Source of the DNA: a virus
Virus record (IMG/VR): IMGVR_UViG_3300023184_000094
Coordinates: 8,637-72,636 of that record
Direction: 5' to 3' (one strand)
DNA: 64,000 nucleotides
The notes under the pieces are model-generated. The model searched no databases and was not told where the DNA came from. It saw only the letters and a program-made list of their open reading frames with translations. Of the stretch, positions 19,501 through 30,087 are shown one piece after another (the stretch's first letter is position 1; every line of letters starts with the position of its first letter). Made by a program: the position numbers and the translations under genes.

Positions 19501-22500
19501 CAAGTTCCACAAAACTTAGATCTAAATGCACAAAATATCGACATAGATACACTAACACTTGGTCAGATACGTAACCATTTAGTAGCATTGGCACAGAACA
19601 GCACCATCGTTGAAGGTAATATCCTAGGACAAAGTAATCTTAGAGACATTGATATTAAACAACAAGGTGGCACGATCCTACAACATAGTAGTCCAACACC
19701 TTATGCAAGTTTGTTCTTGATTGACAAAACAGCTAATTATGTAAATGCATTGCGTTATGCACAACAAGAATATACTAAATTTAAGAATAAGTTTTTAGAA
19801 CTCAGCACCTCCTTGCCTGGCATACAACCAACAGATCCAGCGACCAGTGTTGATCTTATATTAGCTAAAATTAATCAAGTTAAGAATAAATCATTCCCTT
19901 GGTTCTACAGTGATATGGTGCCATATGGCACTTTAATTAATATCGTCAGCCAACAACCGGGTGTAGATGGGTTCTTAGTATTTGACCCATTGAAAACCAA
20001 CTATGAAATCACCAACATATTCAATAGTCAAGAACTTAGTAATAAGGCAGTATTAGTCTATCGCAATGGTGTGCAGTTACTTAACAATGTTGACTATGCA
20101 TTTAATACCACAACCCCATCGATTGACTTCTTGATTGGTCTGGAAATAGATGATGTCATCAAGATCGTAGAATACAGTAATACCGACGGTAACTATATTC
20201 CAGAGACTCCTACTAAACTAGGCTTATGGCCAATTTTCCGTCCAGAGATATTCTTAGATGATACCTATAGAACACCAACTACTGTTATTAGGGGTCACGA
20301 TGGTAGTATTACACCAGCATTCGATGACTTCCGTGATGACTTTTTATTAGAGTTAGAAAAACGTATCTACAACAATATCAAGTTACCATTGAGCGGCACA
20401 TTTGGTGATATATTCCGAGTCATACCGGGCAGGTTTAGAACTAGCGAATATACCCTGGCTGAAATTGACCAATTAGCATCTATCTATTTCTTAAACTGGA
20501 TTGGAAACAATAAACTAGATTTCAGCACCAATGATACATTTGAACCCAATGATCCATTTACTTGGAACTATGCAGGCAGCACTGATGTTATCGATGGTGC
20601 AAACTTACCGGGTAGTTGGCGTGCTTGTTATCAATACTACTATGATACTATCCGACCACACATCACACCTTGGGAAATGTTGGGATTCTCATCTGAACCA
20701 GATTGGTGGCAATCATACTATGGTCCTGGACCATACACCGGTGGTAACAAACTCTTATGGGATAATCTAGAAGCAGGTCTTATCGTTGCTGGATTCCGCC
20801 AAGGTGTAGACCTAAACTATAAACGTCCAGGACTGAGCCAGATCATTCCGGTAGACGTAAATGGTAATCTATTAAGTCCACAACAGATATTAACACGCTC
20901 GCTGAATACTAAACGAGCGGCAGCAGCCTGGCAGGTAGGTCAATATGGTCCTGTAGAATTTGCCTGGCGCTCAAGCAGTGAATTCCCTTATGCTGTCCAG
21001 CAAGCTCTGGCATTGGCTAAACCAGCCAAGTATTTTGGATCATTGATAGATACCTACAATTATTCATACATCAATCCATTATTTACTATACAAGATTCAG
21101 CATCTGGGGTAACCACAGGATCTGAACAGTATCTGACTTTAACTACAAATCATCATATTACACAGAACGTTATCCAGTTCAATGGTGATACGAGTTCAGG
21201 CACATTATATAGAGGTGCAGGCTATTTAAACTGGATCGCTGATTATCTTATCAGCCAAGGTATTAATCCTTCTTCGTATATCTCACCATTGCTAAAAAAT
21301 TTCCAAGTTAACCTAGCCTACAAGGTTGCAGGATTCACTGATCAAAAATATCTAGAAGTATTAGCTGAACAGGTCAGCCCTACTAGCACCAATGCCAGCG
21401 TATTAATACCAAACGAAAACTACGGTGTTTATCTAAATGAAAATCCCGTGCCCATTGACAAGTTGATCTATAGTGCAGTTATCGTTGAAAAGACTGATCT
21501 TGGTTGGACTGTCAGAGGTTACGATTTATTCAACAGTTTCTTTACTATCATTCCAAGCATAGTCAATAGTAATGCCTATAGAATAACTGTGTTGAACAGC
21601 AGTGCTACGATATTCAACAACTACCAAAACTTAAAATTAAATGTGCCATATGGTCATGAATTTACCACAGCACAACAGGTAGCAGACTTCTTGATAGGCT
21701 ATGAACGTTATCTGATAGCACAAGGCTTTACATTCACTGATTCAGATCCGATGCTAAATGAAATGCGTGATTGGAAACTATCAGTTAAAGAATTCTTGTA
21801 TTGGATACAACAAGGTTGGCGAGCAGGCAGTATTATCGTATTATCACCAGTGGCTGATAGTATCAGTGCTGTAACGATTGGGGCCATCACTGATGGAATC
21901 GAAGACAGCCAATATGCCAGCAAGGTATTAGATCAGAACTTTAATTTGGTTAGAAATAACAATTACAATGTCATGCGATCAGCTACAGAGTTTAAACTTA
22001 ATTTTACTGATCCTGCAACAGTCATAGGATATATTGAAGTTGATCTAGTGCAGTATGAACATGCCTTGGTGTTTGATAATGTCACAGTGTTCAATGATGT
22101 CATCTATCAACCAGAAAGCGGTAATAGACAGTTTAGATTAAAACTGGTAGGGCAAAAAACAGCAGCGTGGAATGGTAGTTTATCGGCTCCTGGATTCATC
22201 TACAATTCCGGAGTAGTCGCAAATTGGAATCAAGGTAAAGATTATCTGCAAGGTGATCTGGTCCAATACAAAAGCCAATATTATACTGCTTTGGTAGATG
22301 TAGTGGCCAGCACATCATTTGAATTCCAATACTGGCAACAGATTGATCAAACAAAAATACAAAAAGGTCTGTTACCTAATTTCTCAACACTAGCAGTGCA
22401 ATCAAAATCATTCTATAACTCATATGCCGAGATCAAAGATCAAGATCAGATGAGTTACAGCCATGCATTAATTGGCTTTAAACCGAGACAATATCTATCA

Positions 22501-25500
22501 GACCTTGGTGTAACAGAAACTACACAGATAGAATTCTACAAAGGATTTATCGCACAGAAAGGTACTGCTAATGCTGTTAATCAGATGCTTAAAGCTACAT
22601 TTAATAACCTAAGTAGCGATATTAATTTCTACGAAGAATGGGCCATGCGTGTTGGTGAATATGGTGCATTGGATACTAACCCGTTTGTAGAGATCCCATT
22701 GAATGAAAGCGCATTTGGTGTTAATCCAAGTGTGGCAAGATTTGTTGGTGAAGCTGATAATAATCTAGCTGACGGCACTACAGTATTCAATCAATCACAG
22801 CTTTATAAATCTTACGGAACATATACCGGTAATATAGCACTTAATAGGACTGCGCACAGCGACTATGACAATGATATTCCAACAGCAGGATATGTCAACG
22901 TTGATGATGTTGATACGCAGATATTTGATCTAGCTAACTATCAAGATCTAGATGGTCAGATAGCCAACATGGGCAGTGGGTATACTATATGGTGTGCTAA
23001 AGACTTTAGCCAACAGTGGAATGTCTATCGTGTAACAGAAACTAATAATTTTGTAACACAGGTCGCTAATGCTCTCAATGGATATATAACATTTACCACA
23101 CAAGATCCTCACAAATTTATCGCAGGTAGTGTATTCCTAGTCAAAGACTTTGATCCAGCATTTGATGGATTCTATCAAGTATATAAGGTAATGACAGCAT
23201 CTAGTGTCATGGTAACCTATGCAGGCAGCACAGCTAATCTAACTACCCAAGATGGTCTAGGTGTATTATTCCGTATGGACAGTATGCGATTTACCTATAT
23301 GGAAGACAGTCGTGTTTATGGCTTATTAAATCCACCCAATGGATGGAAAGTTGGTGATAAGATTTGGATCGATGACGACGCTGCTACAAATGCAGTGCAA
23401 GGTCAACCATATGGATCACAACCAAGTGGCACCTGGAAAGTCTATGAGAAACAACATCCGTGGGCAATAGAACAACAATTAACTAAACAATCAGGTGAAT
23501 ACAGCGCCGGAGATGGATTTGGATCAAGCGTGAAAATGTCTGGTGACGGATTGATAGTGGTCACCGGAGCACCAAACTCTAACAGCAATGTTGGTGTAGT
23601 TAATACATTCTTAAAAGATTTTGAAGGAGTGTTCCAAGAAAGTTTCAGTATCAGTCCACTGAGCGCAAATACTCGAGCATTTGGTCACGCTGTTGATCTT
23701 GGCACTGATCCATCCTCTAATACAGTATTAGCAGTTGGTGCTCCAAAGAGCTATGGCAATGTGGGTTATGTCTACGTCTATTACAAATCAGAATTTGCCA
23801 CTGCGTTTGATCGTAGTCAGATCATCGTAGGTAATGTGTTGTCTCAAGGACAGTTTGGCCACAGCCTAGCATTTAGTCAAACAGGTGATTGGTTGTATGT
23901 GGGTGCACCTGGTGATACTGCAATATCTAGCGGTAATGTCCATGTCTATGGTCTCAACAGATACATTCCAGTTGCAGAACAGATAACTTCAGTTAGTAGT
24001 TTATATACATTGACATTAAGTTCAGCTCTAGGTACTACAGCCAATGTCGGTGATATAATCACACAGGCTGCCACTGGTGCACAAGCTACTATTACCTATG
24101 TTGAAAGTGCCAGCTCTTATCAAGTAGATAATGTAATTAACTTTGTTTATGATGCAAACGTAGCTGTTGGAAATGCTAACATATCAGCTAAACTTAGTAT
24201 CACCACCGGCGGGTTCTTGTCTAATGTAGATGCATATCCGTTAACTTCAAATACCTATGCTGTGACTAGTAACATATTCTTAACAGCATTTACTCCAGCC
24301 GTCACTAATGATCCAAGTTCACTATTGATTACCAATGCGACCAAGACATTTATTCCAAATCTTGATTATTATCTAAATGGAACAACGATCAACTTTGTCA
24401 ACAATGGTAATGTCGCAAACCCACAAAAACTTGATACTGGTACTATAAGCATTAAACAGAAACCGTATTATCAATTATTAACGACATTGACATTACCAAC
24501 CAGCAACACTGGGGCACAATTTGGCTTTGCATTGTCAAGCAGTTTCGATGGCGCACAACTAGCAGTTGGCACACCTAACGATAATATCGTTGGTACCGGA
24601 GGTGATCTTAAGATTGGTGCAGGTAGTGTTTATGTATATGATCGTGTGATCGAAGCATTTAACACAGTTATAGATGCTGATCCGAGCACTGGTGGTCAAG
24701 ACTACACTACAGAGAATCCAATCGCATCAGTCCACAAAGTGACTATAGATAACGTTGAAGTTACTAACTATACTGTCGTTGGTACTAACAAGATCAGATT
24801 TATTACTCCGCCACCAATCGGTCGCGTCCTATACGTTGAAGTTAATCAGTTTAATCTATTAGAAAGATTGATCGGAGTAGACAGCTTAGAAGGTGGCCTT
24901 GCTGCGATCCAAAGTAATGCGGCATTCGGAACTAGCTTAACGATCTGTTCAAACAACTGTGCGATCTATGTAGGTGCGCCTAACTATGATAATGGCACAG
25001 AATATAATAGTGGTGCTGTCTGGAAATTCCATAACAGAGGTCGACTATATGGTACCAACACTGGTTATACTGTAAACCCAGTGTTTATGCCTGGTGATAA
25101 GATTCGTCTAGACAACTTTGAGATCACTGTCAGTGGTCGTTGGATGCCTGCTACTATTGGTAATATTCTAACATTGAGCAGTAATGTCCGTGCTAATGTT
25201 GGCGATTATATCACGCAGACTGTATCTGCTACAGGTGTGGCTAATGTAACAGTATTGGTTGATACTCCTGCAACCGGAAGTAAATTTATCACAGTTGGTG
25301 ATTATAATAATGCTAATGTCTTCAGTTGGTCATCAGGCAATGTTGTTAGTGTTGTCTATGGTGCTGCAGTCACAACAACCACAGCGCAGTTAAGAGCCAG
25401 CTTAGATAGTTTAGTCAAAGACATCAATGACGCGAATCTATTAGGTATTTCAGCAGTTAATCAAGCAGGTAGATTAAGATTAAATTCTGACAGCACCAAA

Positions 25501-28500
25501 GCTAAAAACCTACTACGTATCCTATCAGGTAGTAACCAACCTAACAGCCCAGGTGTGTATGCCGATGCTGATTTGATCATATTTGCATTCATGCAGATCA
25601 TCGTCAATCCGTATGGCGCACCAGGCGAATACTTTGGTAACAAAGTCAAGCTGGCAGCAAATGCGTATATGTTGGTCATTGGCAGTGCCCGTGGAACCAC
25701 AAAAGAATTTACTACGTTTGATGTGTCTACTACCCCACTTGGCACTACCATGGATCAAAGCACTACGAGATTGTATGACAGCATATACGGTAGTGGCAGT
25801 GTGTATGTTTATGAATTGTATGATGATCCACGTAATGCTGTAGAAGATCCAGGTCGTTATAGTTTTGCACAACAGATAGATCCAGGTAGTTTGACCGCTG
25901 GTGCACAATTTGGTTATAGTCTAGACATTGAAGGAACATTTATCACAGTATCTGCTCCAGGTACCACCCTAAGTAGCAAACCTGCACAGTCTGGAACTGT
26001 TTATATATTTGCTAACCCAATAATGACACGTGGTTGGGAACTTATCCGTTACCAACAACCTAAAGTAGACCTTGATAGTATCAGTCGTGGTTATCTATAC
26101 GATAACACAACCAGCTTGATCAAATATAATCTACAGTTTATTGATCCTGCTAAAGGCCGCATCCTAGGACAAGCCGAACAAGAAATTTCATTCAAAACAG
26201 AATATGACCCTGCTATCTATAACAGAGGAACTAATCCTAAAGCAGATATCAATCAGAACGTCTATTGGGGCAACAACCAAGTTGGCCAAGTATGGTGGAA
26301 TCTTGCTAAACTCAGATACATCGACTACGAACAAGATACATTAACCTATCGTAGTTTATACTGGGGGCAACTATTCCCAGGATCAACAGTTGAAGTCCTT
26401 GAATGGGTGAGAAGCAATTATCTACCAAGCCAATATGCGGCTAATGGCGGTGATGGCATACCTGAATATGCAGATGACAGTGCCTACGTAGAAGAAATCT
26501 TTGTAGATCCGGTGACTAGCATCATCGTCACCCGTTACTACTATTGGGTTAAGAATAAAACCAGCGTTGATCCAAATAACCCAAGTAGGAAGTTACCAGT
26601 TAGTGCTATCACAGACTATATACTAAATCCTAAAAATCAAAACATTGCCTTTGCTGCGGTGATACGCAATGATGCTTTAGCATTCTATAATGTCAGTAAT
26701 TATCTGTCAGCTGATAATACTATCATGCATCTTGATCATCAATTGATGATTAATACTGATATCATACACAGTGAATATGAGCTAGTGCAACAAGGCAATC
26801 CAAAGAATCTCATACCTACCAAGATAGTTAATAAATTAATTGACAGTCTAAGTGGTATAGATCAATCAGGTGCGACAGTGCCGGATCCAAGACTAAGTCA
26901 AGCTGACAGATATGGTATCAGCTTTAGACCAAGACAAAATATGTTTGTTGATAGACTACAAGCTGTCAACGAGATGGTAAGTTTTGTCAATGATATATTT
27001 GCTGTTAACCCTATAACTGAACAATTTGATCTAACAGGATTAAATGCACAAGAATCTACACCTAGCTACAAGAAAGGTGAATACGATCAAGGAGTGACAA
27101 CTGAAATAGAATTGTCTTATATCAATACAGATGAACTCACTCCCGGATATCGAGTATTAGTAAACAACGATACAGCCCAGAATGGTCTTTGGGTATTATA
27201 CCAATTATCAGAATCTAAGACTTGGGAAATCATCAAAGTCCAAAGTTATAAGACCAGTTTGTATTGGAACTATGTTGATTGGTATGCTGACGGATATACC
27301 TCAGCGACTAAACCGGACTTCAGTGTTACCACTACTAATGATGCATTAAAATTACGTGCTGTTGGTGGAGAGATTATTTACATCAGTAATGCTACGGGTG
27401 CAGGTACTTGGCAATTGGTTGTAGTCCAAGATGATGGAACATTGCAGGTAGTAGGTATACAAAATGGCACTATACAGCTCAATACATCATTGGGTGATTT
27501 TGCAGGCAATGGGTTAGGCTTTAGTAATCAAGACTTTGACAGCAACAGATTTGACCAGAACCCCAACAATGAAATCCGTGCTATCGTAGAGTCATTGAAT
27601 AACGAACTGTTTACCAACACCTTAGAAGGTGAGTTTAACAACATGTTCTTTATTCTAGTTAACTATCTATTGACAGAACAAAATTATGTTGACTGGTTAT
27701 TTAAATCTAGCTTTATCAGTGTCACACATAAATTAAGATCATTAGCACAGTTCCCAAGCTATGTGGTTGACAATCAGACCTACTATCAAGACTATATTGA
27801 TGAAGTTAAACCTTATAGAACTAAGATACGTGAATATTTAATTGACTATACTGGTGACGACACATATGAAGGCAGCGTCACAGACTTTGACTTACCAGCT
27901 TACTATGACACATCAACTGGTTACGGTATATTCCGTAGTCCAAGCGGTGAAGTTCCTTATGTTGAAGAGGATGAAGCGACCTGGCAGACATTCCCATACA
28001 ATCAATGGTATGCTAATAGAAATCTAGTAGTATCAAGTATACAATTAGAAAGCGGTGGAGCCAATTATGCTACTCCGCCTACAGTGACTATCTCTAGCCT
28101 AGATGGCAATGGTAGTGGCGCCGCTGCTACAGCAGTCATAGATGGTAACACTGGCGCTATACTATCAATCACCTTAACTAGCGCAGGCTTTGGATATACC
28201 ACAACACCAAGAGTGACGATCAATGGTAGTTCTACCACACAGGCTAATGCCTATGCAGTGATGAAGAGTCCATTTGCTCGTAGCTTTGATACCAAGATGA
28301 AGTTTGACCGTATCAGTTATGACAGCACAGTTCAACGTTGGGCAGCTAATACAACCTATACAGCAGGACAGATCGTCAGCTATGCATTCCAAGATGGCAA
28401 CGTGATGATACGTAAGGCCTATAGTGTAAACTCAAACATTACCACAGCTTCTACATTTATTCCAAGTGACTATACTGAGTATTCAGCAAACGCATTTAGT

Positions 28501-30087
28501 AATGCCAACGATCGTATAGTCGGGTTCTATGAGCCAACTGATATGATGCCAGCTATTGATGTTATATCTGTGCCGGTAACATTAGCTAACACTGCCGCTG
28601 ATACTGATACAATCTATGTATTCAATTCTCCAGCACTACTACCGGGTATGTATATTACCAGCAACGATGTTGAAGCAGGATACATAGCCAACATAGTATC
28701 TAATGTTGTATTGATGGTCAACAGTCGTGGCACTATCACTGCTGATGTTGCTAATAACAGCACAGCTATTTCGGGCATAACCGGCAATATCCATCCATCA
28801 TTTGAAACTTCTCCACAAGTGGGCGAATACGTCAGTGGCGTCGGTATACCGTTTGAAACTACTATCGTAAATAATAGTTGGTTCGCTAATAGTTTGAATT
28901 TAAGTAATCCTGCTACGATCACAGCCAATGCTGAACCGATCAGTTACGGTGGTATACCGATCAAAGTTACACAGATCAAACTTACAGTAAATGTTACGCT
29001 TAACACAGATGATACTATAACAGCAAACTATGATAATCTAAGTCCGTTGATAACCGGCATTGATTACCCACAGTTACCTGTGCAAGGTGCTGACTTTAGT
29101 CTAAGCCCATTATATGGACGTAGATATGACGTTGCATCATATGATGCTGTCCAATACAGCAGTGACGGTCTAGCACTATTATCTACTAGAAACTTAGATG
29201 TGGCTATGTATAGCCTATACAGTCAACTCAGTCTAGGAACAGCTCCAGAAGATATCATCACCGATGGCGGTGCCTATGTTGATACCAATCACAGCCATGC
29301 TCCAGAAGAACTAGTTCCAGGTAGGACCTATGATACCTTAGACATGCGAGTCTATACTAAGATCAATGCCAACGCTAATATCATAGCCTATCGCGTGTTT
29401 GATAACATGATGGATGAAACCAACTATCTACGTATATCGAGCGCGGCTACTACTACCTTAGAGCTACCTTTACAGTTAACAGACAGCGAAATTTTCGTAG
29501 TTGATGCAACAGTATTACCAACACCTAGCACATTATATGCACGTCCTGGGGTGGTATTCATCAACGGTGAACGCATAACTTATTATACTAAAACCGTATA
29601 TAGTCCAGTTGCTTGGACTACTAATACCAGCTACCCGATTGGTACAGCTATCAGCAACAGTGGAATTAACTATAGGACCACAGGTAATGTTAATGCTCCT
29701 GATAATTTTGGCAATGCCCATGTCCAAGCGAACATTTCTGTATTACCAGGATTAAATGTTCTAGGACAGCTACGTAGGGGAACACAGGGAACAGGTGCTT
29801 ATCTAGAACATGGTGCAGGTGCACAGGTCGTCGATGCTAGTTCAGCACAGACTATACCAGGTACGTTTGCTGGAAATCTAATGGTATTTGCTAATGTATT
29901 ATACAACAGCGGATCAGGAACTGCTATAGATGGAACGGGGTTAACTGGATCAACTACACCTGGTGCATTGTTCCTAAAAGCCAACATAGCACCGATAGTT
30001 GAAACATCTCAAGGCCTGAGCTCAGAAGATGCGATAAATACATTAACCACTGAAAGTAATGTAGAAATTTACACCGAGGATATATAA
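16582..30087 (+). CDS. Giant (4501 aa) multidomain baseplate/virion protein (gp7-like position)
   Basis: Uninterrupted ORF after gp6; FVNFSQYYWLP N-terminal motif, FG-GAP-like repeats, CBM-like W-rich modules and YIDEVKPYRTKIR. Confidence 0.75.
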   Translation: MAERKTYNFLPTTFRSDTNQKFLAATMDQLVSEPNFTTLYGYIGRRFAPTYKSTDSYVLEDTAVRQDYQLEPSVVIRDQQNNITFFATYVDLLEKISYYGGITTDQNRLFEQEYYTFDPRISYDKFVNFSQYYWLPDGPDFVEVNTTGLDLSIDYVVTRDAANGRYIFKSNGVVDNSIILARGGSYTFTVDQPGVPFWLQTELGVDGVISATPTLSSRDILGIQNNGIDVGTITFDVPQTSAQDRFIAQQLVYTVDYATPFNTLPFSRFHNQLVSTFLANYPQYGGITGQLNGKHLVFVNVQLATNVGEEVWTYPEVVVDTLPATAGASGTNVITLSSTDKLIANLAVSGTGVPSGTTIVSVDSANANVTLSANLTTTASGAYTFTAPNFDAGYVVPDDQRYGVFRVVYVDAGIKNADGSTDYVTRLVFEQAVNVDEKVYVRFGVANANKEYYKDYDGFMKQVPIITCQLNNLWIQDGTRADIYKNVQLVNYNGWTIDVDTDIIGQLAYTSPNGVNFTSGLKIQFAEDVTPTSYQNRQFYVEQVGDTSQYNGGIRLVPVDELITPEAYNAELALNYPNEIFPDYITINRASVDRNAWSRNNRWFHIDVVLLTAEYNGTQPTIDQASRAQRPIVQFDCDLQLINEGRIGLDHIDILDTSTKNAFTELQGQTYAIAFGVTLFDGLRVIFAADEDPLVRNKIYVVSLVQYEVDDQQLPTGPYHIELSLADDGDVATYSTVVVAIGQYKGSQWWYDGVTWNASQTKSALQQPPLFDILDASGKSFSTYTRSTFTGTEIFGYVRATSGTTDPILSKGIIPTIYDSNNNPVTNFYLSYKTFTTQGDIKFQNYFNTDTFSYVNANDIITTQLINTGYIQKILAAETLQPKNTWDTVPEPSHQYQQISYIFDGTNNPFVVDIVPEVEASIPYTKVFQNFQYLQPTDWTLANSAVRLSTSLTVGDQVDILIYSQQISKLGFYQVPQNLDLNAQNIDIDTLTLGQIRNHLVALAQNSTIVEGNILGQSNLRDIDIKQQGGTILQHSSPTPYASLFLIDKTANYVNALRYAQQEYTKFKNKFLELSTSLPGIQPTDPATSVDLILAKINQVKNKSFPWFYSDMVPYGTLINIVSQQPGVDGFLVFDPLKTNYEITNIFNSQELSNKAVLVYRNGVQLLNNVDYAFNTTTPSIDFLIGLEIDDVIKIVEYSNTDGNYIPETPTKLGLWPIFRPEIFLDDTYRTPTTVIRGHDGSITPAFDDFRDDFLLELEKRIYNNIKLPLSGTFGDIFRVIPGRFRTSEYTLAEIDQLASIYFLNWIGNNKLDFSTNDTFEPNDPFTWNYAGSTDVIDGANLPGSWRACYQYYYDTIRPHITPWEMLGFSSEPDWWQSYYGPGPYTGGNKLLWDNLEAGLIVAGFRQGVDLNYKRPGLSQIIPVDVNGNLLSPQQILTRSLNTKRAAAAWQVGQYGPVEFAWRSSSEFPYAVQQALALAKPAKYFGSLIDTYNYSYINPLFTIQDSASGVTTGSEQYLTLTTNHHITQNVIQFNGDTSSGTLYRGAGYLNWIADYLISQGINPSSYISPLLKNFQVNLAYKVAGFTDQKYLEVLAEQVSPTSTNASVLIPNENYGVYLNENPVPIDKLIYSAVIVEKTDLGWTVRGYDLFNSFFTIIPSIVNSNAYRITVLNSSATIFNNYQNLKLNVPYGHEFTTAQQVADFLIGYERYLIAQGFTFTDSDPMLNEMRDWKLSVKEFLYWIQQGWRAGSIIVLSPVADSISAVTIGAITDGIEDSQYASKVLDQNFNLVRNNNYNVMRSATEFKLNFTDPATVIGYIEVDLVQYEHALVFDNVTVFNDVIYQPESGNRQFRLKLVGQKTAAWNGSLSAPGFIYNSGVVANWNQGKDYLQGDLVQYKSQYYTALVDVVASTSFEFQYWQQIDQTKIQKGLLPNFSTLAVQSKSFYNSYAEIKDQDQMSYSHALIGFKPRQYLSDLGVTETTQIEFYKGFIAQKGTANAVNQMLKATFNNLSSDINFYEEWAMRVGEYGALDTNPFVEIPLNESAFGVNPSVARFVGEADNNLADGTTVFNQSQLYKSYGTYTGNIALNRTAHSDYDNDIPTAGYVNVDDVDTQIFDLANYQDLDGQIANMGSGYTIWCAKDFSQQWNVYRVTETNNFVTQVANALNGYITFTTQDPHKFIAGSVFLVKDFDPAFDGFYQVYKVMTASSVMVTYAGSTANLTTQDGLGVLFRMDSMRFTYMEDSRVYGLLNPPNGWKVGDKIWIDDDAATNAVQGQPYGSQPSGTWKVYEKQHPWAIEQQLTKQSGEYSAGDGFGSSVKMSGDGLIVVTGAPNSNSNVGVVNTFLKDFEGVFQESFSISPLSANTRAFGHAVDLGTDPSSNTVLAVGAPKSYGNVGYVYVYYKSEFATAFDRSQIIVGNVLSQGQFGHSLAFSQTGDWLYVGAPGDTAISSGNVHVYGLNRYIPVAEQITSVSSLYTLTLSSALGTTANVGDIITQAATGAQATITYVESASSYQVDNVINFVYDANVAVGNANISAKLSITTGGFLSNVDAYPLTSNTYAVTSNIFLTAFTPAVTNDPSSLLITNATKTFIPNLDYYLNGTTINFVNNGNVANPQKLDTGTISIKQKPYYQLLTTLTLPTSNTGAQFGFALSSSFDGAQLAVGTPNDNIVGTGGDLKIGAGSVYVYDRVIEAFNTVIDADPSTGGQDYTTENPIASVHKVTIDNVEVTNYTVVGTNKIRFITPPPIGRVLYVEVNQFNLLERLIGVDSLEGGLAAIQSNAAFGTSLTICSNNCAIYVGAPNYDNGTEYNSGAVWKFHNRGRLYGTNTGYTVNPVFMPGDKIRLDNFEITVSGRWMPATIGNILTLSSNVRANVGDYITQTVSATGVANVTVLVDTPATGSKFITVGDYNNANVFSWSSGNVVSVVYGAAVTTTTAQLRASLDSLVKDINDANLLGISAVNQAGRLRLNSDSTKAKNLLRILSGSNQPNSPGVYADADLIIFAFMQIIVNPYGAPGEYFGNKVKLAANAYMLVIGSARGTTKEFTTFDVSTTPLGTTMDQSTTRLYDSIYGSGSVYVYELYDDPRNAVEDPGRYSFAQQIDPGSLTAGAQFGYSLDIEGTFITVSAPGTTLSSKPAQSGTVYIFANPIMTRGWELIRYQQPKVDLDSISRGYLYDNTTSLIKYNLQFIDPAKGRILGQAEQEISFKTEYDPAIYNRGTNPKADINQNVYWGNNQVGQVWWNLAKLRYIDYEQDTLTYRSLYWGQLFPGSTVEVLEWVRSNYLPSQYAANGGDGIPEYADDSAYVEEIFVDPVTSIIVTRYYYWVKNKTSVDPNNPSRKLPVSAITDYILNPKNQNIAFAAVIRNDALAFYNVSNYLSADNTIMHLDHQLMINTDIIHSEYELVQQGNPKNLIPTKIVNKLIDSLSGIDQSGATVPDPRLSQADRYGISFRPRQNMFVDRLQAVNEMVSFVNDIFAVNPITEQFDLTGLNAQESTPSYKKGEYDQGVTTEIELSYINTDELTPGYRVLVNNDTAQNGLWVLYQLSESKTWEIIKVQSYKTSLYWNYVDWYADGYTSATKPDFSVTTTNDALKLRAVGGEIIYISNATGAGTWQLVVVQDDGTLQVVGIQNGTIQLNTSLGDFAGNGLGFSNQDFDSNRFDQNPNNEIRAIVESLNNELFTNTLEGEFNNMFFILVNYLLTEQNYVDWLFKSSFISVTHKLRSLAQFPSYVVDNQTYYQDYIDEVKPYRTKIREYLIDYTGDDTYEGSVTDFDLPAYYDTSTGYGIFRSPSGEVPYVEEDEATWQTFPYNQWYANRNLVVSSIQLESGGANYATPPTVTISSLDGNGSGAAATAVIDGNTGAILSITLTSAGFGYTTTPRVTINGSSTTQANAYAVMKSPFARSFDTKMKFDRISYDSTVQRWAANTTYTAGQIVSYAFQDGNVMIRKAYSVNSNITTASTFIPSDYTEYSANAFSNANDRIVGFYEPTDMMPAIDVISVPVTLANTAADTDTIYVFNSPALLPGMYITSNDVEAGYIANIVSNVVLMVNSRGTITADVANNSTAISGITGNIHPSFETSPQVGEYVSGVGIPFETTIVNNSWFANSLNLSNPATITANAEPISYGGIPIKVTQIKLTVNVTLNTDDTITANYDNLSPLITGIDYPQLPVQGADFSLSPLYGRRYDVASYDAVQYSSDGLALLSTRNLDVAMYSLYSQLSLGTAPEDIITDGGAYVDTNHSHAPEELVPGRTYDTLDMRVYTKINANANIIAYRVFDNMMDETNYLRISSAATTTLELPLQLTDSEIFVVDATVLPTPSTLYARPGVVFINGERITYYTKTVYSPVAWTTNTSYPIGTAISNSGINYRTTGNVNAPDNFGNAHVQANISVLPGLNVLGQLRRGTQGTGAYLEHGAGAQVVDASSAQTIPGTFAGNLMVFANVLYNSGSGTAIDGTGLTGSTTPGALFLKANIAPIVETSQGLSSEDAINTLTTESNVEIYTEDI
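30033..30040 (+). promoter_or_regulatory. Late promoter-like GATAAATA
   Basis: Lies inside the 3' end of the giant gene, about 46 nt before the next ATG. Confidence 0.4.
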
